Positions 44,981 through 54,427 of a DNA stretch of 59,341 bases are shown here, in pieces. The position numbers were made by a program, and so were the translations under genes. The stretch spans positions 1-59,341 of the forward strand of contig JAYZQJ010000240.1 of assembly GCA_036149055.1 (NCBI GenBank), in the 5' to 3' direction. How positions within the stretch are numbered: the first letter of the stretch is position 1; each line of letters begins with the position of its first letter. The DNA is from Myxococcota bacterium. Its GTDB lineage: Bacteria > Myxococcota_A > Polyangia > Polyangiales > Sandaracinaceae. The notes below the pieces were generated by a model, which did not search any database, was not told where the DNA came from, and was given only the letters and a program-made list of their open reading frames with translations.

Positions 44981-45592
44981 TTGGGCAACCGCGTGCGCCC
45001 GACCGAACGCGCCCTCGTGCCGCTCCCCGCGAGACCGTCCCCCGTCACCGCGGTGCGGGGCACGCTGCTGGGCGGCAGCCTCCGCACGATGCAGCAGCTG
45101 GGGCTGCGAGAGGCCTACTTCGAGCAGCTCCCCTCCCAGCACCACGAGGCGGTGATGGCGCTCGTGCCGATGAGCTGGATCCCGACCGACGTCGCGCTGG
45201 CGCACTACCGGGCGATGGACGCGCTGGTCTCCGATCCGAAGGAGCAGCGCGCGAGCGGTCACTTCGTCGGCGAGCGCGTGCAGCGGAGCTACCTGCACAC
45301 GCTGGTGCGAGCGCTGCAGGCCACCGGCCTCGTGACCCCGCCGCGGCTCCTCGAGCGCATGCCGACGATCTGGGGCCGCATGTTCCGGGGCGGCGCGGTG
45401 TCGATCTCGCAGGTCGGCCCGAAGGACCTGCGCGTGCGCACCGTCGGCCTGCCCCTCTTCTCGGTCCCCTACTTCCGCGAGGGCTGGGAGGGCGTGTGGG
45501 AGAGCGGGCTCTCGCTGGTGACCCGCAAGATCTACGTGCGCCGCCTCCGCCGCTCCGACGACAGCCTGGACATGACCCTCGCCTGGGTCTGA
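44981..45592 (+). CDS. Hypothetical protein (myxobacterial, DUF2378-like)
   Basis: Coding-like composition with VRGT, SWIP and PTIWGRMFRGG. Start uncertain. Confidence 0.6.
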   Translation: MGNRVRPTERALVPLPARPSPVTAVRGTLLGGSLRTMQQLGLREAYFEQLPSQHHEAVMALVPMSWIPTDVALAHYRAMDALVSDPKEQRASGHFVGERVQRSYLHTLVRALQATGLVTPPRLLERMPTIWGRMFRGGAVSISQVGPKDLRVRTVGLPLFSVPYFREGWEGVWESGLSLVTRKIYVRRLRRSDDSLDMTLAWV

Positions 45593-47413
45593 TCAGTCGG
45601 CCGCGAAGGCCTGGCGGAAGTCGGCGTCGTCGCCCGGCTGGTCGGCCTTGCGGAGCAGGAACGGGCCGAGGCTCAGCACGTCCATCTCGGTGCCGCGGAA
45701 GCAGCGATAGGCGTCCTCGGGCGTGCAGACGATCGGCTCCCCGCGCACGTTGAAGCTCGTGTTGACGACGATGCCGTAGCCCGTCCGGGCCTCGAAGGCG
45801 CGGATGAGGCGGTGGTAGCGCGGGTTCGTCTCGGCGCTGACCGTCTGCACGCGCGCGCTCATGTCGACGTGCGTGATCGCCGGCACGTCGGAGCGCTTCT
45901 GGTTCACCCAGGCGATGAGATCGGTCGCGTCGGCTCGCGCGGCCGCCGGCTCACGCCGCGCCTCCACCACCGGCGCGACGAGGAGCATGTAGGGCGAGGG
46001 CCGGTCGAGCTCGAAGAAGTCGCTCACCCGCTCCTCGAGCACGCTGGGCGCGAACGGCCGGAAGCTCTCCCGCTGCTTGATCTTCAGGTTCATCACCGAC
46101 TGCATGCGCGGGGAGCGCGGGTCGCCGACGATCGAGCGGTTCCCGAGCGCCCGCGGCCCGAACTCCATGCGGCCCTGGAAGAGCCCGACCACCCGCTCCT
46201 CGGCGATGTGCGCGGCCACCGCGTCCGCCCACTCGTCGTCGTCCTCGTGCGTCTCGTAGGGGTAGCCCTTGGCGTCGAGCCACGCGCGGATCTGCGCCGG
46301 CGAGAACTCCGGGCCGAGGTAGGCGCCCTGCATGCGGTCCCGGGTCACGCTCGGGCGCGGGCCCTCGAGCGCGCCGTGCCACGCCGCGTACGCCGCCCCG
46401 ACCGCGCCGCCGGCGTCGCCCGCCGCGGGCTGGATCCAGAGATCGTCGAAGACGCGTTCCCGGAGCAGCCGCCCGTTGGCGACGCAGTTCAGGGCCACGC
46501 CGCCGGCGAGGCAGAGCTGCCGTCGACCGGTCACCTCGCGGGCGTGCCGCGCGGCCCGGAGCACGATCTCCTCGGTCACCTCCTGCACCGACCGCGCGAG
46601 GTCCATCTCGCGGGCGGTGATCCGCTCCTCGGGCCTGCGCGCCGGCCCGCCGAAGAGCGCGGCGAAGCGCGCGTTGGTCATGACCACGTCGTCCAGGTAG
46701 CCGAAGTAGTCCATGTTCAGCCGGAAGGAGCCGTCGTCCTTCAGGTCGACGAGGTGCTCGAGGATCGTCTGGGTGTGCACGCCCTCGCCGTAGGGCGCGA
46801 GGCCCATGAGCTTGTACTCGCCGCTGTTGACCTTGAACCCGGTGAAGTAGGTGAACGCGCTGTAGAGCAGGCCGAGGCTGTGCGGGAAGTCGAGCTGCTC
46901 GAGCAGCTTCAGCTCCGCGCCCTCCCCCGCCCCGAGCGTCGCCGTCGCCCACTCGCCCACGCCGTCGAGGGTGAGCACCGCGGCCGCGTCGAAGGGCGAC
47001 GGGTAGAAGGCGCTCGCGGCGTGGCTGAGGTGATGCTCGGGGAAGTAGATCGACGGCTCGCCCTCGACGCCGAGCGCGGCGAGCGCGTCCTGGATCTTCG
47101 GCTCGATCCAGAGCTTGTCCTTCAGCCACGGCGGCAGCGCGGTCAGGAACGGGCGCAGGCCACGCGGCGCGACCGAGAGGCTCGTCTCGAGGATGCGGTG
47201 CAGCTTGAGGATCGGCTTGTCGTAGAAGGCCACCGCGTCGACCCGCGTCTCGCCCGCCTCGGCCAGGCAGTAGCGGACGGCGTTCGCCGGGAACGCCTCG
47301 TCGTGCTTCTTCCGGGTGAAGCGCTCCTCCTGCGCGGCCGCGACGATCACGCCGTCGTCCAGGAGGCAGGCGGCGGAGTCGTGGTACCAGCAGCTCAGGC
47401 CGAGGACGCGCAT
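45593..47413 (-). CDS. Carbamoyltransferase, NodU/CmcH/SxtI family
   Basis: YHDSAA, EERFTRKKH, EHHLSHAASAF, DGVGE, GEYKLMGLAPYG, GGVALNC, EFGPRALGNRS and NTSFN. Confidence 0.95.
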   Translation of the reverse strand: MRVLGLSCWYHDSAACLLDDGVIVAAAQEERFTRKKHDEAFPANAVRYCLAEAGETRVDAVAFYDKPILKLHRILETSLSVAPRGLRPFLTALPPWLKDKLWIEPKIQDALAALGVEGEPSIYFPEHHLSHAASAFYPSPFDAAAVLTLDGVGEWATATLGAGEGAELKLLEQLDFPHSLGLLYSAFTYFTGFKVNSGEYKLMGLAPYGEGVHTQTILEHLVDLKDDGSFRLNMDYFGYLDDVVMTNARFAALFGGPARRPEERITAREMDLARSVQEVTEEIVLRAARHAREVTGRRQLCLAGGVALNCVANGRLLRERVFDDLWIQPAAGDAGGAVGAAYAAWHGALEGPRPSVTRDRMQGAYLGPEFSPAQIRAWLDAKGYPYETHEDDDEWADAVAAHIAEERVVGLFQGRMEFGPRALGNRSIVGDPRSPRMQSVMNLKIKQRESFRPFAPSVLEERVSDFFELDRPSPYMLLVAPVVEARREPAAARADATDLIAWVNQKRSDVPAITHVDMSARVQTVSAETNPRYHRLIRAFEARTGYGIVVNTSFNVRGEPIVCTPEDAYRCFRGTEMDVLSLGPFLLRKADQPGDDADFRQAFAAD

Positions 47414-47414
47414 G

Positions 47415-47891
47415 TCAGTACGGCCGGTCGAGCGGGCGCGCCTCCGGGCGCGGCTCCCAGTAGGTCTCGGCGTCGGGCGACAGCGCGCGCTTCATCGGGT
47501 CGCGAGCTCCGCGCTTGAAGAGCAGGCCGAAGGGCATGAAGAAGAGCAGGTACACCGGCGCGAGCAACAGCCAGGTGAGCACCACGCCGATCCCCTGCCC
47601 GAGCCGGGCCACCGCCCGGTCGAGCGCGGCGTAGGCGCCGAGCGGTGAGGTCATCGCGAGCACCAGCGTCAGCCCGCCGACGCCCCAGGCGACGCCGGCC
47701 ATCACGACCCGGTCGAAGTAGAAGAAGGCGCCTCCGGCGACGCCGGCGACCACCGCGCGGAGGAGCCCGGCGCGCCTCGCCTTCGCCGCGCGCGCCGACG
47801 CGTCGTCCGGGGCGCTCGCCCAGTCCCACACCACGGCGGCCGCCTCGGGGCGACCCGGGCGGATCCGATGCTGCTCGTCGGCCTGCGCCAT
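47415..47891 (-). CDS. SxtJ-like membrane protein
   Basis: TM helices, LL..VYLLFFMPFGL..RDPM and TYWE. Adjacent to the carbamoyltransferase. Confidence 0.75.
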   Translation of the reverse strand: MAQADEQHRIRPGRPEAAAVVWDWASAPDDASARAAKARRAGLLRAVVAGVAGGAFFYFDRVVMAGVAWGVGGLTLVLAMTSPLGAYAALDRAVARLGQGIGVVLTWLLLAPVYLLFFMPFGLLFKRGARDPMKRALSPDAETYWEPRPEARPLDRPY

Positions 47892-47950
47892 GCGCCCGTG
47901 GAGTATCACGCAGACGGGCCCGCGGCGGGAGTGCCAACCGGCTCCGTCGG

Positions 47951-49003
47951 TCAGCGCAGGGCGGGCGTCACGGCGTCGGCGAAGCGCGCGTGCGCGCGGG
48001 CCGCGGGGTGGCGGTCGGCGGGGTGCACCCAGAGGCGCTCGGCCTCCTCGCCGCGGAAGGCGTCGAGCGTGTCCACCACGGTCACCCCGCGCGCCTCGAG
48101 GTCGCGCACGATGGTCCGGTGCGTGTCCTCGAAGGGGTAGTCGTCGAAGGACACGAGCAGCGGCCACAGGGCGACCACGAGCCGCCCGCCGCGTGCCTCC
48201 ATCGCGGCGTGCATCGCCTCGACGTGATCGAGGGTCGCCGCCCAGCCCTCGGCGTTCTCGGGGCCGACCATCTCGCGGTACCAGCGGGTGGTCTCGGCCT
48301 GCACGCGCACGCCCTCGAGACGATCGGCGAGCACGGTGAAGAAGCGCGGCTCCCAGAGCGGCGGGCGGCCGTCCCCCTCCCCCACCATGCGCCGCCGGTC
48401 GACGATCCAGTCGTCGATGTAGCGCTGCCGCGCCTGGAACGCCTCGCCCCGCTGCGGGTCGTTGAGCACCATCGCGTAGAGCGTGACGTCGGGCTGGAGG
48501 GAGAGCCGATCGTCGAACCAGCTCCGCAGGGTCGGGAAGTCGTAGCCGCGCCGCCCGCAGTTGATCACGTCGGCGTCGAGCCGCTCCCGGAGCCGGGCGG
48601 CGAAGGTGTCGGCCTCCACCACGCCCTGCCCCTCGCTGAACGAGTCCCCGATCACCAGCACGCGGCGCCGGTCGGTGCGCGGCGGGACTTCGCCTCGGCA
48701 CAGCTCCTCCGAGTAGCGGAACGGCACCCCGTGCGGCGTGCGCTCCCAGCGCTCCGCGAGCGCGGGGAAGCGCCGCAGCCAGGGCGCGCGCGCCTCGGCG
48801 TCCCGCAGATCGAGGGGGAACGCGCCGTCGGGATCGTCCGGGTAGAGATCGAGCCCGACCCGCTTGTCCTCGGTCTCGAAGCGGGCGGTCTGCGGGTATC
48901 GGTCCGGCCGCACGTCCATCGCCCGCAGCGCGACCTCGGCCACCAGCACCGCAGCCAACGTCGCGCCCAGGCTCAGCGCGATGCGCCCCCCGCGTCGCCC
49001 CAT
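47951..49003 (-). CDS. SGNH/GDSL hydrolase-family protein
   Basis: N-terminal TM (AEVALR), GDSFSEG, NCG, LND and DRHP (DxH). Confidence 0.85.
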   Translation of the reverse strand: MGRRGGRIALSLGATLAAVLVAEVALRAMDVRPDRYPQTARFETEDKRVGLDLYPDDPDGAFPLDLRDAEARAPWLRRFPALAERWERTPHGVPFRYSEELCRGEVPPRTDRRRVLVIGDSFSEGQGVVEADTFAARLRERLDADVINCGRRGYDFPTLRSWFDDRLSLQPDVTLYAMVLNDPQRGEAFQARQRYIDDWIVDRRRMVGEGDGRPPLWEPRFFTVLADRLEGVRVQAETTRWYREMVGPENAEGWAATLDHVEAMHAAMEARGGRLVVALWPLLVSFDDYPFEDTHRTIVRDLEARGVTVVDTLDAFRGEEAERLWVHPADRHPAARAHARFADAVTPALR

Positions 49004-50199
49004 CACGCCGCGCCCCGATCGGCCTCGGGCCTCCGGCTGACGAGCAGCGCGACGAGCCAGGCGAGCGCGCAGAGGGCGACCGGCTCGGGGCGGAGCAGCC
49101 AGACGCGCACGCCGTCCCACGCGTCGCCGAGGATGGTGCCGAGCACGTAGAGCCCGCTGACGACGCCGGTGATCCACCCGAGGGCGCGGCGCCACCCGGG
49201 CCCGCGATCGGCGAGGAGGAGGAGCGGGATCGACTGGGCGATGTAGCGCTCGTGCACGCCGGTGAGCAGGGTCGCCATCGCGAGGAGGCCGAAGCCGGCG
49301 AAGAGCACGAGGCGGCGGGGGCTCGGGTCGCGGAGCGCGCGGACCGCGAAGACCCCCTGCGCGGCGAGCCAGGCGATCCAGCTCCAGCTCCGCGCGTCGA
49401 GGCCGAGCCAGCGCACGTCGTCGACCGGGACGCCGCCCTGCACGAAGAGCGACCAGAGGCTCGCCCCGCTCGCCACCACGTAGTCGACGTGGCCCACGCT
49501 CCGGGCGACGACCCAGACGAGGTGCGAGAGGTGGCCGTGCGGCAGGGTGAGGAGCGGGTCGGGGAGGAGCCAGACCAGCGGCGAGAGCGCCGCGCCGATC
49601 CACCGGCCGAGATCGCCGCGGCGGCGCAGGCCCAGGAGCACCAGCAGCCCGAACGCGGGGAGCGCGAACCACGCGAGCTGCTTGGTGAGCACCGCGAGGT
49701 GGAGCAGCGCGAGCCCGGAGGCGAGGCCGCGCCCGCGCTCGGCGAAGCCCACCAGGCGGGTCGCCGAGGCGAGGAGGAGCGCGACGACGATCAGGTCGAG
49801 CTGCCCGAACCAGGCGCCGACCACGAAGCTCGAGGGGCAGAGATAGAGCACGAGGGCGAGCCGGCGGGGGCGCGCCCAGCCGAGCGCGCGCGCGAGGGCC
49901 GCGGCCGCGACGACGAAGCCCACGTCGCCGACCACGAGGGTGGCCTTGTGCACGAGGCGGAAGGCGTCGAGGTCGAGGGGGTGACCGACCGCGAGCTCGA
50001 CGAGGGCGCTCGGCGCGCAGACGAGGAGCACGCCGACGATCGGGTAGTTGATCCCGGGGCCGTCGGCGTAGAACGCCGGCCCCTCGCGGAAGGCGAGGTA
50101 CCACTCGTGGAAGAAGCCGATGTCGCCGTCGTGGCCGAGGCGGTGGTGGAGCGCCCAGAGCGCCAGCGGCGCGAGCGCGACGGCCCAGCGACGGTCCAC
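49003..50199 (-). CDS. Polytopic membrane protein, GT-C-like (GT87/mannosyltransferase-like)
   Basis: GDIGFF..W, NYP, WFGQLD, TKQ and HERY motifs with multiple TM helices. Confidence 0.7.
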   Translation of the reverse strand: MDRRWAVALAPLALWALHHRLGHDGDIGFFHEWYLAFREGPAFYADGPGINYPIVGVLLVCAPSALVELAVGHPLDLDAFRLVHKATLVVGDVGFVVAAAALARALGWARPRRLALVLYLCPSSFVVGAWFGQLDLIVVALLLASATRLVGFAERGRGLASGLALLHLAVLTKQLAWFALPAFGLLVLLGLRRRGDLGRWIGAALSPLVWLLPDPLLTLPHGHLSHLVWVVARSVGHVDYVVASGASLWSLFVQGGVPVDDVRWLGLDARSWSWIAWLAAQGVFAVRALRDPSPRRLVLFAGFGLLAMATLLTGVHERYIAQSIPLLLLADRGPGWRRALGWITGVVSGLYVLGTILGDAWDGVRVWLLRPEPVALCALAWLVALLVSRRPEADRGAA

Positions 50200-50204
50200 G
50201 GGCG

Positions 50205-50996
50205 TCAGCCGACCACCGCGGCGCTGGCCCGGACGTTCTCGGGGCGGCTCGCGCCGGGGATGGGGATCACGGCCTCGGAGCGCTCGAGGAGGCGTACGAG
50301 CAGCAGCTGGAACGGGGTCAGGCCGCGCGCCTCCGCCGCCGCCGCGAGCTCCGGCAGATGCGAGGTCTCGCCCGCCCGCCAGCCGCCCATCGGCGAGTGG
50401 GCCACGAAGGCCGCGCCGTGCGCCTCGCACCACGACAGCACCCCGTCCTCGTCCCAGCCCGGGCGGTAGGGGCTCGCCTCGTTCTGCACGGCCACGATGG
50501 GGGCCACCGCCGCGGCGCGCTCGAGCTGCGCGAGGGTCACGTTGGAGACGCCGAGCTCGCGGATCCAGCCGCGCTCGCGCAGCCGGGCCAGCGCGCCGAC
50601 GCTCTCCTCGATCGGCACCCGCTCGTCCACCGCGTGAAGGTAGTACAGGTCGATCGCCTCTCGGCCCAGGCGGCGGAGGCTGGCCTCGCACGCGGCCTCG
50701 AGATACGCGGGCCGGCCGTCGTGCAGCCACTCGTCCTCGCCGCGGCGCACCACCCCACCCTTGGTGGCCAGGCAGACGTCGGCGCCGGCGAGGGCGCCCC
50801 CGAGCAGCCGCTCGTTGTGCCCGATCGCCGACGCGTCCGGCGCGTAGACGTCGGCGGTGTCGAAGCAGGTGATCCCCGCGTCGAGCGCCGCCTCGACCAC
50901 GCGCACCGCGTCCTCCCACGGCGGCGCCCCTCCGAAGGAGAGGTTCATCGCGCCGAAGCCGATCGGGAAGACGCGGTAGGGGCCGAGAGCGCGCAC
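50205..50996 (-). CDS. Aldo/keto reductase
   Basis: IGFGAM, FDTADVY, ATKGG, SLRRL..IDLYYLH, GVSN and IPGAS. Confidence 0.92.
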   Translation of the reverse strand: MRALGPYRVFPIGFGAMNLSFGGAPPWEDAVRVVEAALDAGITCFDTADVYAPDASAIGHNERLLGGALAGADVCLATKGGVVRRGEDEWLHDGRPAYLEAACEASLRRLGREAIDLYYLHAVDERVPIEESVGALARLRERGWIRELGVSNVTLAQLERAAAVAPIVAVQNEASPYRPGWDEDGVLSWCEAHGAAFVAHSPMGGWRAGETSHLPELAAAAEARGLTPFQLLLVRLLERSEAVIPIPGASRPENVRASAAVVG

Positions 50997-51460
50997 TACT
51001 GCGGCGGGCCGAACCCTCCGCCGGGAGGCGCAGCACCGCCAGGGGGAGGACCGAAGCCGCCGCCCGGGGGAGGCGTGCCCGCGCCGGGCGGAGGCGTGCC
51101 CGCGCCGGGCGGAGGCGTGCCGCCGTCGTCCTGCGAGGCCGCTTTGTATTTGCGGAAGGTGACGATCGCGCCGATCGCGCCGCCGAAGAGCATGAGCAGG
51201 CTGAAGACGCCGCAGCAGAGGCTGCCCATCGCGTAGGACTCGTAGTCCTCGGCCTTGCTGCGCCAGTAGGCGCTGCCGAGGAAGCCGCCCCCGCGACCCA
51301 TGGCCTCGTCCCGCGCCTCCATCTCGGCGATGCGCTCGTAGCTGTCCGCCTCGTCGAACCAGAAGAAGGCCGACCCGAAGGACGTGCACATGAACAGGAG
51401 GCCGGCGAGCGAGACGCAGCCGAGCCCGATGGGGGCGATGGGTTTCTTGGCGCTGGCCAT
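50996..51460 (-). CDS. Two-TM hypothetical protein with Pro/Gly-rich tail
   Basis: Two hydrophobic segments and GTPPPGA repeats. Confidence 0.7.
   Translation of the reverse strand: MASAKKPIAPIGLGCVSLAGLLFMCTSFGSAFFWFDEADSYERIAEMEARDEAMGRGGGFLGSAYWRSKAEDYESYAMGSLCCGVFSLLMLFGGAIGAIVTFRKYKAASQDDGGTPPPGAGTPPPGAGTPPPGGGFGPPPGGAAPPGGGFGPPQ
51069..51122. repeat. 21-bp coding tandem repeat (about 2.5 copies)
   Basis: GGAGGCGTGCCCGCGCCGGGC at 51069 and 51090, partial copy at 51111. Confidence 0.85.
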
Positions 51461-51550
51461 GCGGACTTCTCCCACGAAATCGAGACGCCTGCACCTACGC
51501 CGTCCCGGCGCGACCAATTCCCGGGGTAGGCTACGCGCATGCTCGGTCAG

Positions 51551-52336
51551 ATGGACTGGGACGCGTACTGGCGCTTCGAGCGCTTCCGTCGCCGCTGCGA
51601 TCCGCTCGACTTCCGCAAGTGGAAGAGCGACAGCCAGCGCGCGCTCAAGGGGCTCTACCCCGGCGCGCCGCGGCTGCTCGACTCCACGGCGGGGCTCGGC
51701 GATCACACCGTGAACCTCGCGGAGGCCGGCTTCCGGGTGGAGGCCTGCGACCGGAGCCCGGTGGCGCGCGAGGCGACGCGGGAGGCGCTCGCGGAGGCCG
51801 GGCTCGACGTGCCGGTCTTCGACGCCGAGTGGGCGGCCCTCGATCGCCCGGGGCGCTACGACCTGATCTTCAACGACGCGCTGCACTGGATCGAGGACCC
51901 CGACGCGCTGCGCGCGGCGCTGCGAGGCTTCTTCGACGCGCTGACGCCGGGGGGCGCGCTCGTCTTCTTCTTCGCCGACGCCGCCAAGCCCCACGCGGGC
52001 TACGGGCTCGAGCTGATGGAGTGGGACTGGGCCCACATGGAGCACGAGCGGGTCGCGTGGGAGCACACCCTCGGCGAGCGCACGGTGACGCTGAGCGTGC
52101 TGGCCGAGCGCCACGCCACCACCATCGACGAGCACCACGTCTACCTGGACCGCGAGGGCGACGCGCCGCCTCGCGCGAGCGCGCTGACCATGACCCGCAT
52201 CTACCGCTGGGATTGGCACGGCATCGCGCCGTTGCTCGCCGAGCTCGGCTACGTCGACCTGCGCAGCGACCACTTCGAGAACACCGCGAAGGGCTACACC
52301 TTCGCGATGAGCCGCGCGTTCAAGCCGGCAGCGTAG
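51551..52336 (+). CDS. Class I SAM-dependent methyltransferase
   Basis: LLDSTAGLG, YDLIF..ALHW and LTPGG motifs. Confidence 0.85.
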   Translation: MDWDAYWRFERFRRRCDPLDFRKWKSDSQRALKGLYPGAPRLLDSTAGLGDHTVNLAEAGFRVEACDRSPVAREATREALAEAGLDVPVFDAEWAALDRPGRYDLIFNDALHWIEDPDALRAALRGFFDALTPGGALVFFFADAAKPHAGYGLELMEWDWAHMEHERVAWEHTLGERTVTLSVLAERHATTIDEHHVYLDREGDAPPRASALTMTRIYRWDWHGIAPLLAELGYVDLRSDHFENTAKGYTFAMSRAFKPAA

Positions 52337-52345
52337 TCGAGGACG

Positions 52346-52693
52346 TCAGCGCAGCCCGAGGTGCGCGTACCAGAAGCGGCGCTGCCACCACGTGGGGCGG
52401 ACGCCGCCGATCAGCGCCCTCGCCTCCGCGCTGAGGCGGAGCGCGCGCGGCGTCACCAGCCCGGCGTCGCGGAGGCGCCCGAGCGAGGCGTCGACGGCGA
52501 CGCGGGTGGGCGCGGCGTAGCCCTCGGCGGCGATGAGCCCGGGCAGCGTCGTCGCGGTGACGCCGCCCCGGGCGAGCGCGATCAGGACCTCGGGCCCCAG
52601 CCAGTCGTAGCCGTTCTCGGGCCACGTCTCGGGGGCCACGTCGACGCCCGGGACCCAGTCCCCGAGCGACCCGGCTTCGGCGATCGCGCTCAC
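52346..52693 (-). CDS. Hypothetical protein (possible winged-helix-like)
   Basis: Fills the gap between genes; contains LGRLRDAGLV. Confidence 0.5.
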   Translation of the reverse strand: MSAIAEAGSLGDWVPGVDVAPETWPENGYDWLGPEVLIALARGGVTATTLPGLIAAEGYAAPTRVAVDASLGRLRDAGLVTPRALRLSAEARALIGGVRPTWWQRRFWYAHLGLR

Positions 52694-52715
52694 GACCGCT
52701 GAAGGTAGCGGAGGA

Positions 52716-53150
52716 TCAGGCCACGCGCCCGCTCTCGGGCGGCGGATCGATCTCGTGGAGCAGCGCGGCGAGCGCGCGGCACACGTCGGTGTGGGTGAGG
52801 ATGCCCGCGAGCTTGCCCTGCCGGGTGACGATGGCGGAGCCGATGCGCGCCTCGGCCATGTGGGCCACGACCTCGGCGAGGTCCGCGTGCAGATCGACGA
52901 CGTAGGGCTCGCGGGCGTACACGGTCTCGACGAGCGCGGCGCCCGCCTCCTCCCCCGCCAGCTGCCCGGCGAGCAGCACGTCGGCGTCGGAGATCATGCC
53001 GAGGATGCGGCCGCCCGGATCGGTCACGGGCAGGTGGTGGATGTCGTGCTCGCCCATCATCGCGCGCGCGTCCCGGAGGGTCGCGTCGGGCTGGATGCTG
53101 TAGGGGAACGGCGACATGGAGCCGGCCAGGGTCGGCGAGTGGAGTCGCAT
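52716..53150 (-). CDS. CBS-domain pair protein
   Basis: MS..PY, IHHLPV..LGMISDAD and IGSAIV..GILTHTD. Confidence 0.88.
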   Translation of the reverse strand: MRLHSPTLAGSMSPFPYSIQPDATLRDARAMMGEHDIHHLPVTDPGGRILGMISDADVLLAGQLAGEEAGAALVETVYAREPYVVDLHADLAEVVAHMAEARIGSAIVTRQGKLAGILTHTDVCRALAALLHEIDPPPESGRVA

Positions 53151-53178
53151 CCCGCCAAGATAGTCTAAGGTGGCGGCG

Positions 53179-54393
53179 ATGGTCGATCTCGACACCGAGT
53201 GGGTCCGCGCGCGCTTCCCCGGGCTCGACGACGAGCTCGCCTTCTTCGAGAACGCCGGGGGCAGCGTCCCGGTGGACGGCGTGGTGCGCCTCGCGCACGA
53301 GTACCTGGCCCACGACATGGTGCAGCTCGACGCCACCTACCCTCGCTCCGCGCGGGCCACCGAGCGGGTCGAGGCGGGCAAGCGCGCCGCCGCGCGGCTG
53401 GTGAACGTCGACGTCGCCGACGTCGTGCTCGGCGACTCCACCAGCATGAACATGTACGTGCTGAGCCACGCCTTCGCCTCGCAGGTGGGCCCGGGCGACG
53501 AGATCGTGGTGACCGAGGTCGACCACGAGGCGAACCGAGGCGCCTGGATCCGCATGGCGAAGGCGCGCGGGGCGACGCTCCGCGAGTGGCGCCTCGATCG
53601 AGAGACCCACGCGCTGACCCGCGAGGGGCTCGACGCGGTGCTGAGCGAGCGAACCCGCCTCGTGGCGTTCAGCCACTGCTCGAACGTCGTCGGCACGATC
53701 CACGACGCGCGGGCGTTCGTCACGCGCATCCACGAGGCCGGCGCGCGGGCGGTGATCGACGGCGTCGCGTTCGCCCCCCACCGTCGCGTCGACGTGCGCG
53801 CGCTCGGCGCGGACGCCTACGGGCTGAGCCTCTACAAGGTCTACGGGCCGCACCTCGGCTTGCTCTACGTCTCGCCGTCGTTCCGCGAGGCCCTGACGAA
53901 CCAGAACCACGACTTCCTCGAGGGCACCGGCAGCTACGAGCTGATGCCCGGGAACGTCAGCCACGAGCTCGCCGCCTCCCTCCCCGGGATCGTCGCCTAT
54001 CTCGAGGCGCTCGACCGGCACCACGCCGGGGACGGCCGGCTGGACGGCGCGTTCCGCACCATCGCGGCCCACGAGGCGCAGCTCGCCGATCGCCTGCTCT
54101 CCTTCCTCCGCGATCACCCGAAGGTCCACCTGCTCGGGCACACCGACGGAGACGCCGAGCGCCGGGTGCCGACGGTCACCTTCCGGGTCGAAGGGCGACG
54201 CTCGGCGGAGATCCCAGCGGCGGTCGAGGAGCGCGGCGTCGCGATCCGATACGGCCACTTCTACGCCGCTCGGGCGATGGAGGCCCTCGGAGCCGTCGAC
54301 CCGGACGACGGCGTCGTGCGGGCGTCGGCCGTGCACTACAACACCGTCGACGAGGTGGACCGGCTGATCGAGGCGCTCGAGCGCGCGATCTGA
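53179..54393 (+). CDS. Cysteine desulfurase-like class V aminotransferase (VC1184-like)
   Basis: VRARFP, FFENAGGS, DHEAN, DGVAFAPH, SLYKVYGPH and RASAVHYNT. Confidence 0.9.
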   Translation: MVDLDTEWVRARFPGLDDELAFFENAGGSVPVDGVVRLAHEYLAHDMVQLDATYPRSARATERVEAGKRAAARLVNVDVADVVLGDSTSMNMYVLSHAFASQVGPGDEIVVTEVDHEANRGAWIRMAKARGATLREWRLDRETHALTREGLDAVLSERTRLVAFSHCSNVVGTIHDARAFVTRIHEAGARAVIDGVAFAPHRRVDVRALGADAYGLSLYKVYGPHLGLLYVSPSFREALTNQNHDFLEGTGSYELMPGNVSHELAASLPGIVAYLEALDRHHAGDGRLDGAFRTIAAHEAQLADRLLSFLRDHPKVHLLGHTDGDAERRVPTVTFRVEGRRSAEIPAAVEERGVAIRYGHFYAARAMEALGAVDPDDGVVRASAVHYNTVDEVDRLIEALERAI

Positions 54394-54427
54394 TCCGCGG
54401 AACGTCGCCATCGCGGTACTCTCCGGC

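Noticed and set aside
44725..47891. Saxitoxin biosynthesis cluster
   Set aside because: Only sxtI/J/K-like genes are present; no sxtA, sxtG or other core genes.
47919..47936. Minus-strand sigma54 promoter upstream of the SxtJ-like gene
   Set aside because: TGGCAC with GG-N10-GC is present, but the -12 region lacks the TT/TGC context; likely chance in GC-rich DNA.
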